Shown here piece after piece: positions 36,925 through 46,867 of a stretch of 64,000 nt of DNA. This stretch comes from Camelus ferus (lineage: Eukaryota): NCBI RefSeq assembly GCF_009834535.1, contig NC_045722.1, positions 744,001 to 808,000 on the forward strand, written 5' to 3'. Under the pieces are notes generated by a model, which made no database searches, was not told where the DNA came from, and was given only the letters and a program-made list of their open reading frames with translations. How positions within the stretch are numbered: the first letter of the stretch is position 1; the number at the start of each line of letters is the position of its first letter. The translations under genes were made by a program, and so were the position numbers.

Positions 36925-38176
36925 GTAGGGCTCCATGGGCGCCTGGGGACGCGGGTGGCGGGGCTAATGTGGCTCCTCTTAGACAAAATGACCCACCTGT
37001 GGACACCTGCAGCGCCAGAGTAGGATGGCACCTTAGAAATCAGCTGGGCCAGTACTCAGTGGTGGAGATTAAGACTCAGAGAGGGTCAGTGAGTTGTTCG
37101 TAGTCACGCAGCAGGTAAGGAACATAGTTGACACTTCTGTGTGCTTACCGTGTACCAGCCAGGGTGCTGAGCACTTTCCATTCAATCCTCACAGTAACCT
37201 AGGTGGGCCCAGAGGAGGCGGGGTGGGCTCCCGTTCAGGGTGCCAGCTGGAGAGAGAACACTTCGAGGGGCCTTGACTGCCAGACTAAGGAGCCAGACTG
37301 TGGTCCTGGGGACCGGAGACCGAGGGCTCCAAGTGTATTTGATGGAAAGTACAGCAAAACAACTACACGACAACACAAGTGGAACTATCACAACTAAAAC
37401 AAAACACAAACAAACAGAGAACACCCTCCCCGCCAGTTACCCAGCACGTGCTTATTTATCGCCGTGCGCCCTGCTGTCCTTCACCAGGGCTTTGCGGCAC
37501 GAGACAGCCGGGAGGCAAGGGTCACCCTCACGGTCAGGGGTGTTCGTCTCTAGTTCAGATACTCTCCTTGACAGTATCGGCCTCTCATCTGAGTGGGCCC
37601 CATTTTAGCCGCAGGACTGGCTGCAGAGAACCCACGCCGGCAGCGGGAGCCGCGTGACTCATTGCGTTATTAGCAGCCCTTTCAACCTGCACTGTCTCTG
37701 AAGGGAGCTTTTTCAGCTACTTGTCCTTCCTGGGGGTGGTTAGTTCAGTTCGTGAAAACCGGATACTGTGATCTGCACGTCCCCGTACCGCGGCTTGCAG
37801 AAATGCATTCAAGCAAACGAGCAAGTGGGCAGCCCTCACCGTCACCGCCCGGGACGTCTCAGGAACCACAGGCGACTCTGCCCGTCTGACGGACGACTAC
37901 GCGAGGGCCCACGTCAACACAGACACTGACCACCAGGAAGGGCTTACGTGCTTCTCACATGTTCAGACAAAAGTAATAGGAGCAGACGTCCTGTAACACG
38001 CGCTCTCCCCTCCCCAGACCCGGAGGCCCCACTCTGCAGACCGCAGCGGTGGCCCTGCGGGAGCAGCGCGGGCTAGGGGCCGGGAGGTGGTGGCGGCCCG
38101 TCCGGGGGCACGGCCGGCTCCGGGCAAGGGCGGGGCACAGAGCAGGCAGGCTGGCTCTCTCCCGCTTTGCCGCCAG

Positions 38177-38315
38177 GTGCTCGTGCTCAGGCGCTGCCCC
38201 ATGTGGCTGGCTCAGGCCCTGCCCCTGGACCACAACGTCCAGTTCCACCGGCTTACGGGCTGCGTGGTGGTCGGGCTCTGTCCTGTGCACACTGTGGCCC
38301 ACGTTGTGAATTTCG
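38177..38315 (+). pseudogene. NOX5: NOX5 pseudo-exon 6 (TM2-TM3); 15-bp in-frame deletion
   Basis: VLVLRRCPMWLAQALPLDHNVQFHRLTGCVVVGLCPVHTVAHVVNF; it lacks five residues of recalled human LTWLRATWL; both TM3 heme histidines are present. Confidence 0.96.
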
Positions 38316-38494
38316 GTGAGTAGCCTCGGGCTGGAGTGTGGGTGCGGTGGGACGTGGGCTTCCCACAAGCCACCTGGTTATCCTGCCCCTGTGTGTCCGC
38401 CTGCCCGCTGGGCGTGTTGGACTTTGGACGGGGAGGGGTGGGAGCCCCAACGGGCAGGAGGAGTGAGAGCAGCTTGTCTCGTGCTTGTCTGCAG

Positions 38495-38665
38495 CACTCC
38501 GGGCTCAGTCCGGGGCCAGCGCCTTCCAGTTTTGGGAACTGCTGCGCACCACGAGGTCCGGCGTTGGCTGGGTCCGCGGCTCGGCCTCCCCAGTGGCGAG
38601 GTGCTGCTGCTGCTGCTCGGTTTGCCTGCTCCAGCTCCCGTGGCCGTCGCAGCAGCCACTTAGAG
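38495..38665 (+). pseudogene. NOX5: NOX5 pseudo-exon 7 (TM4); frameshifted; last recognisable exon
   Basis: LRAQSGASAFQFWELLRTTRSGVGWVRGSASP, then VLLLLL and FACSSSRGRRSSHLE in two other frames. The exon is 171 nt versus 179 expected. Confidence 0.95.
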
Positions 38666-39099
38666 GTGCCCCAGCCCTTGCCCCTGCCTCTCCCAGGCTG
38701 GGCTCCCACTTTCTCGTCATGCTGTGTCCCCTCTGTGTCCCCTCCAGGGCCCGGGAGGGTCCCGGGCTGGCCTGCACGTGGTGGACACATGACTGGGTTC
38801 TGCCCTTGGGCGGTGGTGTGTCTGGAGGATTCTGCCTTTAGCTGCCTTGTCCCCTCGCCCTGTTGGGTTAGGCTGGGCTCAGGACTCGCAGGGAGAGGGA
38901 GGAACACGGGCTCTCCCGGGTTCTGGTCCCTACCCCGCTGCTTATGGGCACTCATTTCCCTCATCTGTAAAACGCAACTACAGTTCTTCCGAAGGGCGTG
39001 GGAGCCTATGGAGGAACCTAGTAAAATCCACAAAGGACCCCATGTGGGACTTGCAACCACGTGTGTCTGAAGTCTTTCGCTCCAGACAGACTTCAGGCA

Positions 39100-39114
39100 C
39101 CACTGGGGGGCGCT
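39100..39114 (+). promoter_or_regulatory. CTCF-like motif
   Basis: CCACTGGGGGGCGCT has one mismatch to the CCASYAGRKGGCRCT core. Confidence 0.45.
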
Positions 39115-41119
39115 GCGGAATCAGCGATCTCGAGAGCTTTTGTTTTGCCGGGAAGGAGACTGGTTCCTGAGTGCCAGTGAATCGAGGAAGGGCCGGTGAA
39201 GACCCGGCCCCACCCTGAAGCCCCCGCTCAGGCAGTGCCTCCAGGCCCAGACTCGGCAGAACTGTGAGGTCAGGAGACCTCGTTTCAAGATGAGAGTTTC
39301 TCTAGCTGCCAGCCCCTCACCCCAGCACACAAATGCACACACCACCCCGACCTGCCCAATCCCTGCCCCTGCACACATGCACGCGCACACACGTGTGCAC
39401 ATGCACACGAACACACGCACGCACACGTGCTCATGAACAAACACAGACACGCGTGCACGCAAGCACGCACACGCACCCCTCCCTCCCTGTACCCGGAGCT
39501 GGGTTCTGGGCTTCCCTCTGCTCTGCAAGGTCAGGAAGGGCCAGGCTTGGAGGAGACTTCTGTGTTTCAGGCCCTGCGCCTCACATCGCCATAGGTGGCA
39601 GGATGGGATTTGCTGGTGCACAGACGACCCGGGCCGTCCATCTGGGCGTTTCCTGGATGTCCAGGAACAAATGCACCCCGAAGGCCGGCTGTTCTCCCTT
39701 CACCCACGTGTCGGCAAGGTGTGGACACAGCTGGGCCTGCGATGGCCAAGGCCGACCCACACCCGGAGAAGAGAGACTGCGGATCGGGGGTGGGTTATGG
39801 GGTGTGTGCTGCCCTTCCCCCTCACGCTGTGAGCTCCCGAGGTCAGGCCTGTGGCCCCGCAACCTCCCACAGAGGGAAGGAAAGGGGGCCTAACCCGGAC
39901 ACCAGTTCCCACCAGGGGGAGGGGTCGCTTGAATGGACTCATCCATGCAGGCGGGTTGGGCCAGCCTTGCAAGTGGGCGGAGCAGGCGGCCGCCTTCCAG
40001 GTGCAAGTTCAGGGGCCTGGGAAGTTCCCTCCCAACTTCTTTTCTTCCGCGTGCAGAGGTGAGGACTGGCGTGGGCGTCCCGACGGCGATGGCGATGGCG
40101 GGGCCCTGCGCCTCCAGCCCCCGTGTAGCAGGAGGGGGTGGGGCTCAGGGTCCCCGGTCCCTCTGCAACACATCCTGCCCCTCTTCCCATCCTGCTTTTC
40201 TGCCTCTAACTCAAAAGAGATGAATGACTTTGAAAGAGCAAATGAATCAGAAATAGGGAAAGCAAAAAAGAGTAATTTTGCCAAGTTATTATTCAAAGGC
40301 GCTGTCCGGGACCGGGCGCGAGAGCAGCCCCATCCGTCACCCGGCAGAGCCCTGGGGGCCGCGGGGGCGGCCGTGCTGCCTGTGCTCTGGGCGTGCTGGG
40401 CGCTGGGGCCCTCTGCCAGCTGCCACAGATGGAGGGAGGGCGGGCGGCCAGAGGGACACTGAAGGGCCCAAGACAAGGCTTACTGGCCTGCTTTTCCTGA
40501 TGGGCCGGGGCTGGAGGCTGCGCTCTGGGCTGGGCCAGCTCTGGGGGGGGGGGGGTGCGCCCCTGGAGCAGCGCGAAGCCTGGGGCTGGAGCCTGCTCTG
40601 CCCTGCTGCCCCCACCCCGACCCTTCGCTGCCCTGAGGGAGGCAGCCACCACCCCATCCTGCCGCAGGGGCCCACCACACCTGCCCCTGCGTGCCACTTA
40701 GCCCACCGCACACCCTTGGGGAGGGGATGAGCGGCTGGATGGTAACAAAATCATTGTGGCACATGTTCGCTTCTCCTTGTATTTTTAAATTACTTTATCA
40801 TAATTTTTATGCATAGGTTATCCCTGCTTATTACATTGTAATTATATTCCACTTGGGGGCGGCAAGGAAATCGGATTCCTTTCTGTGCGCAAGTTCCACA
40901 TAGAGGAAGCCCTTGGAAAGCAAGTGCGGAAGGAAAGGGAGCAGGAGGGAGGGGCTGAGCCTCCGGCAGAGCCTCAGTGCGTCTCCGAGGTCCCACCAGC
41001 CCTCGTCTGGGAGCTGTGGCCCCAGGCTCCGCATCAGAGTGCGTTTTGGTGCCTTAACTAGATGAGTTTGTTGGATTCCTGCCACCGGGGTGCTGGAGTT
41101 GACCAGTGGGAGGAAGAGT

Positions 41120-41275
41120 CAAGGCCCCTGCTCTCAGTTTCCTCGTCTGTAAAAGGGGGTCAGTGACAATGGTACCCATTAGGGGCAGTGATGACAACAT
41201 GGTTAAATGAACCGGTGTGCACGAGGCGCTCGAAACACTGCTTGGCAGGGAGTACGTCTCAGTGACGCTTTTATT
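41120..41275 (+). mobile_element. MIR relic
   Basis: ctcagtttcctcgtctgtaaaagggg core followed by a MIR-like 3' part. Confidence 0.75.
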
Positions 41276-41289
41276 CACGCCTTGGTCCG

Positions 41290-41470
41290 TTGGACTGCTG
41301 TAGCACCGCAGATGGGGGGCTTATAAACAGCGGAAATTGCTCCCTCAGTCCTGGGGGCTGCAGTCAGCAGGTGCCAGCGCGGTCAGGCTCTGGCGAGAGC
41401 CCTCTTCGCGTTGCCCCACTGCCGTCAGGGCGCGTCTGCCGCCTTTATGACCGGTCACATCTGGGGGCCT
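41290..41470 (-). mobile_element. MLT1 LTR fragment
   Basis: gggggcttataaacagcggaaattgctccctcagtcctgggggctg is an antisense MLT1 end. Confidence 0.65.
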
Positions 41471-42680
41471 AATTGATGCCCTCCCCTCCCGGGGAGGACA
41501 CCAGGCTCCCAGGGGTCTGCAGACACCGCCGTGTCCCCGGGGAGGCGCTGGCCGGCTGTGTGGGCGGCGGTGCGGCAGACAGCAGCCCTCCCTGCTCCTC
41601 TCCCAGAGCGCTGGTCCCAGGCTGCGGGAGGCGGAGAGGATCCAGTCAGGCCGCCGGCTCATTAGCGCTGCATTGTGAATTCCGGGGATAATGTAGGCTC
41701 TCCTCTCCCCTGATTGCTTCCGAAATCTCCTGCCTGTTTATCACATCTGAGTGCTTCTCCACCCTCTGCTCTTGGCTCTGTCTGCTCCTCTTCTCCAGGA
41801 GAGGAGAGCAGAAATGCTCCTGAGGGTTTCCAAGCAGCCTTGCAGACAAGAAGGCGATGAGGCTGTCTGCACATCGCAGGGGAGCAGGCGATGGGGTGGG
41901 TTTTGGGGGCAGGAGAGCCCCAGAAAGCACCGATCCCCCAGGAAGGAAAGCCCCCTCCTCTCCGAGCAAACTCTGTCAAGTCAGCTGAGGCTGCTTATCA
42001 GAGAGTCACTCAGTCACTCACGTCACAAGCACAGTGGCAGGTGACAAGGACACAAGTGTGGCGCCCATGCAATGAAGCAGATGCCAGCGCAGGGCCTCAT
42101 GAGCTGCTGCGGTGGCCAGAGAGGGCAGCCACGGTCAGGGTGGGGTGAGAGTCCCTGACCTTGATCCTGCAGGAGGCATGAGACACGGGTGGGGGTGTAT
42201 TTGTGTGCACAAGCCCTGGCACATGCAGAAGCACAGAGGAGTGGCTGGAGGGCAGGTCGGGAGACTCGCGGGGGAGAGAGTGCAGCCGTGGAGGTGGTCG
42301 GGTGGAACGGGCAACCCCAGCCCCAAGTCAGGGGTGAGGCTGCGCTTCCTGAGGGCCTCTGGGCCCTGCCCCACAGCTGGCAGGCCCTCTCCCCGGGCGG
42401 CCATCTCAGCGTCTCCCACTGCAGAGTCTGAGTGCTCAGCTCACCTCCTTGCTGCTCTGGTGGGTTGGCTGCCTCTGGCCCAGGGTCCGTGTCCAGTCTC
42501 ATCAGCCATGGGGAGGGGGGTCTGGACGTCACAGGACTGCACGGTCTGGAGCTGTGACCTGATCCCCACAAGGGCTGTGGGCGGGGCCGGCAGTGAGCAT
42601 GCCTCCCACTGGGACCACCTTGTGCTTCTGTTCACACCGTGCACCGGTTCCCACTGTCACTCCCTCGTGGCCCCAGGTGG

Positions 42681-42683
<3 letters not shown>

Positions 42684-42728
<45 letters not shown>
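42684..42728. repeat. (TG)~22 microsatellite
   Basis: Read directly from the sequence. Confidence 0.95.
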
Positions 42729-42730
<2 letters not shown>

Positions 42731-44819
42731 GTGTCCTCTCCGCCCACAGCTGGGTCCTCTCTCCCCTCACAGCTCCTCCAGTGCTTAGCGAACAGCAGCA
42801 GAGACTTTTTCTCTGGTCAGGTTGTATCCAACGTCATTTGAATTGTTTTACTGTTTAGTTCTGATTTGCAGTAGAATGTCTGTCCCTTTGTCAGGGCCTC
42901 ACCCCGTGAATAGCGAAGGGCAAGACAATCTGACCCCAACATCCTTTCCCCTTTCTTCTTTGCAAACTGACCCCCGACCTTGTTCTGGGCATACAGAATG
43001 ACCAGGTTAATTAGTCCTGAAACACTGACGTGGGCACGTGCCTGTTCTCAGCAATGGTGAGACTCTGGGAAAGTTTGAGTCTTCTTAATAAAAGGAACAG
43101 GAGAGGCTGCTGCCACCCCCGCCCCCTGCTTCCTGTCTTGGCCAAGATGCCAGGACGTCTGGAGGGACCCTGCAGCGACCAGGAGGCAGAAGCCAAAGCA
43201 CAGGCCGAATGGGGGTCGGAGGCAGAGAGCCGGGCCCTCGCCGGCGGCCCCCGCTCTGGGACAGGAAGTGTGCCTTCCTCCCAGGGCAACGCTGTGGACT
43301 GAGGTGTGCTCCTCGCGCTGAACGGACTCCTCACCGATTCACTCGGTGTCTGTGCGATCTGTGTATGCTAAGATTACACGTGGGGCAGGCTGGGAGGACC
43401 CACAAACTCGGGGACCACCCTGAAGTTTGAAAAGAGGAGCTGTGAAGATCCCACTGGTCCCCGGCCCTCGGCTTTCCTCTGCCACCGCCCCCCGCGCCCC
43501 CTCCAACTTGCCCTTGCTCCCTCCGTGTCCCCCAGGGAACGGGCAGAGTCGCTCATTTTCCTGTGAGTCAAGAAGAGTGACTCAGCGCCAGCCATCACCT
43601 TCTGGCCTGGCCCCGACCCCCAGAGCCAAGGAGGCAAGCAGGACCCAGACCTCCCCAGGCAGGGGACGCTGGGGCCCCACCAAACACCCGACGGGAGGGA
43701 AGCCAAGAGGGGGCGGCTCTGGAGTCATCGTCTGTCCCGTGGCACCAGCCTCGTGTTGTGCCTGACGTGAGCCACGAGCCTGCTAACCACCCACCAGTCA
43801 GCCTCGGTGCGGCCGCTGCTCCGACAGTCTTAGCCTTGCTCCTGCTCTGCACCCGGGGCCTGACAACCCCACCCCGCCCCGCCCCGCAAGCTGTCCCGGG
43901 GGGGCTCTTAAAGGGCTCCCAGCAAACAGGTTCTGCACAGCCCCGCGCCCCCTCCCGTGGGTGCTGAAGAGAGACTCTCCCCCGAGACGCCACAACCTCC
44001 AGCGTCTGCCGCCCAGCAGTGAAGGGCACATGCCCATTCCACACCCGGGAGGGGAGAGTGAAGACCATGAAACAACCCGCTTTCCTGAGCCCCCCTGTGG
44101 ACTACAGCCTGACCTTTGCAGGCCTCTGCTCAGCCCCGCTGTTTTCACATCCAGCTAAACTCAGGCCCGTGCGTTCCTCGGCTCCTCCTGCCGCAGCGCC
44201 TGGTTCTCCAGCTCCGCTGCTAGCGATGCCCCTGCTCCTCATTCTCTGCCACACCAGCTGATGCACTTCTGTGTTTTTGAACCGTCTGTTCCTGGAAAGC
44301 AGAGGAAAGTAGCAGATTGATGTACTGGCTGTGTGGCCAAGTGACTTATTTTTAATGTGACTGAACAGGACGCACACCTGCCTGTGGAAACGCACCCACC
44401 CGGAATCGTCAGGGACTCAGGTGGCCGTGTGGGCAAGGGGAGGACAGGCCTCCCAGGAGGGAAGGGGGGGAGCAGAGGAGAGGAGGTGGGCCGCTCCCTC
44501 GAGTCACGGTGGCAGCAGCACCGGGAAGCGCCAGCCGGGCCAGGTGCCCCCCGGCTTGGCTGATGCCTGAAATGTCGTCATCAGACTTCCATCCCTCTGC
44601 TTCAGTCAAACACAGTGTGTCCCCCGCTGAAGTGCACACGTGACAGGTCAGCGCATAAAGCCACACCCGCCTTTTCTCCGCGAGAAGGGCCTTCTATGAA
44701 AGCAGGGCTGGGCTGGGCGTTAACACAAAGTGTGCGGGGATCACCAGGGAGGGAACAAGATGGCACAGCGAGAAAACCGGGGTCCTGGAGACTCTCTCCC
44801 CTCCATGACTCTCCTCAGT

Positions 44820-45200
44820 CGCAGCAGCCCCGAGTCTTCGCCGTGTCCAGGCGCCCGCGTGGTACTTCCCGCCGTGGTGGCAGCAGCCGCCGCGCTCCCC
44901 CGCCCCGCTGTCTGCGGCCAGCCCCCGGGTCCCCGCACCGCCCGCGGGCCGCTCGGGGCTTGCGCGCGTCTGTGTGTCAGCAGAGCAATGTGGCAGGACG
45001 GGCCGTGGCGGCTGGTGGACTGGCCCCAGAGCCCACACGCGTCTCTGTTTGCCGCCGCCTTCTCCCGGGTCATCGCGCTCCCCTCCTGGCTTGTGCCCAG
45101 AGCAGGTTAGAAACGCCTGAGCCACCGCCTTCCAGCGCTGACGCTCCCTCCCGAGGCCCTGGCTCAGCCCCGTGGGCGCCTGCGCCACCCACTGTCTCTT
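44820..45200. other. CpG-island-like patch
   Basis: Dense CpG; the line 44881-44940 is 51/60 G+C. Confidence 0.7.
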
Positions 45201-45444
45201 TCCTGGTGCCTCTTCTCCCCTCCCCCGTTCGTCGGTAATGCCTTTAGGATGGGCAGAGCGTGTCCACAGGAGCCTTTCTGGTGATGGACATGTCCTTTCG
45301 GGGTGGTGGGAGGATCCCAGGGGCAGCGTCTCATCTCTGTGTTCTGTTCACCCAGACTGCGCTGGGCTCCTGGTCAATCCCCCTCACCCCGTTCCTGGCG
45401 TCTGGCCCAGCAGCACACTCCGTGCTAATGGACGGAATGAGGCA

Positions 45445-45828
45445 GAGGTGACGACCTGTGACTTCTGCGGCCAGGTCATAAAGGGCATTGCTGCCTCTGT
45501 TTGCCCTGGGGAACCACTCACGCCGGGGATAGCCTGCTGCCGTGTCGTGAGGACACTCAGTCAGCCTCGTGGAGAGAGCCACACAGGGGCGGCTGAAGCT
45601 CTCACCAGCAGCCCTGGAGTGAGTGGACCCTCCAGCCGCGTCAAACCGCAGTGACTGTAACCCCAGCCAACATCCTGACCGCAGCCTGATGAACCCCCTG
45701 AGCCGGGAGCCCTCCAGCCAGGTGCCCCCCAATTCCTGACGGCAGAAACTGAGCCATGTTAAATACTCATCACAGCTGTAGGACACAAGGTTTTGGGATA
45801 ACGTGTTAGGAGCAAGAAATAACTAACG
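45445..45828 (+). mobile_element. MLT1 solo LTR (F/G-like)
   Basis: ccagccaacatcctgaccgcagcctgatga...caattcctgacggcagaaactgag...ttttgggataacgtgttaggagcaagaaataactaac. Confidence 0.75.
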
Positions 45829-46513
45829 CAAGAGCCACTGCTTCCTTGCTTTCAATAGCAAAAAAAGTTAGAAATGCCAGAAACGTCAGCAATGAAGCTT
45901 AAACAAACCATGAGAAACCCGCGGTCTGGAGCCGTTAGACGGAGGCTGCGTGTGACAGCCCTGCCGGCTCCCTCTCTGCCGGTCCCCAGACGCACTGCGG
46001 GGGCAGGGTGAGTGCGATCGGCGGGCCCCAACCACGTGAAAACACAGGAGTCGCGCGCACGTCCGTCGTGCCTACTGTACAACCATCTCTGTGCACACGC
46101 GCACGCGGACCCAAGGGGTGCAGGCGGACGGTGCGGGTCGGTCTGCTGGTGGGGATCTGTCTGCGACGAGGGCGGAGGAGCTGGGTGTGGGGGCGCCGTG
46201 CGGTCTTGACCTTTTGCTGTGAAGTCTCCTGCGTGTGTTGTTTCAGGCTCTTATAACAGAAGCGTGCCTGTGTACTCCCTGTGTGAAAAGTCAAGGAAAA
46301 TCACGGAAAGGGAAAGAGACGGGCAGATAAAAGAGACGGCAGGGGGGAAGAGGGGAAGGGGCATTTTGCTGCCCACGGGGTCAGGACTGCAGGCACCTTA
46401 TTTAAAAGCCATGTCAAAGGACCCCCCGTCAGTGGCCCCTTCGCAGCGCGGCATCCAGGCTGGGTTAGGTGCCTCAGGGCCCTCCGTCATGGGGCTGTCA
46501 CGCTGCACGGTAA

Positions 46514-46867
46514 CGCTGTGGACTGAATTTGCTCCCACAAAGTCGTATGCTGCAGACCCAATGTGGTCATGGTTGGCACAAGGAAATAATGAAGGTTAAG
46601 CGAGGTTGCAGGGCGAGGCCCAGGTCCGATAGGGTCAGCCTACTTTTGAGAAGAGACTTCAGTGAGCTCTCTCTTGCAGGCACCGAGGAAGCTTGCATCA
46701 AGGCCGCCATCTGCAAGCCGGGGAGAGAGCACTCAACTCAGCAGACCCCGCACTGGCTGGACCTTGATCTCGGACTTCCAGCTCCTACAGCCGTGGTAGA
46801 ATAAAGGCCTGCGGTTTAAGCCACCCGGTCTGTGGTATTTGGTTCCTGCAGCCCCGGCAGACGGTGC
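46514..46867 (+). mobile_element. MLT1A-like solo LTR
   Basis: Starts tgctgtggactgaatttg; ends ccttgatctcggacttccagctcc...aataaaggcctgcggtttaagccacccggtctgtggtatttgg. Confidence 0.8.

Noticed and set aside
40001-40058. Possible degraded NOX5 exon 8 (shares CCCAACTTCT with the GPNFW codons)
   Set aside because: No similarity extends on either side in any frame, so this is most likely a chance 10-mer.
29873-42858. Long GC-rich ORFs (29873..30754, 38212..39060, 38336..39070, 39851..40462, 42112..42858 and similar)
   Set aside because: They are Pro/Gly/Arg/Ala-rich with no recognisable domain and are expected from stop-codon scarcity in GC-rich DNA. Only the NOX5 exon segments inside them are meaningful.
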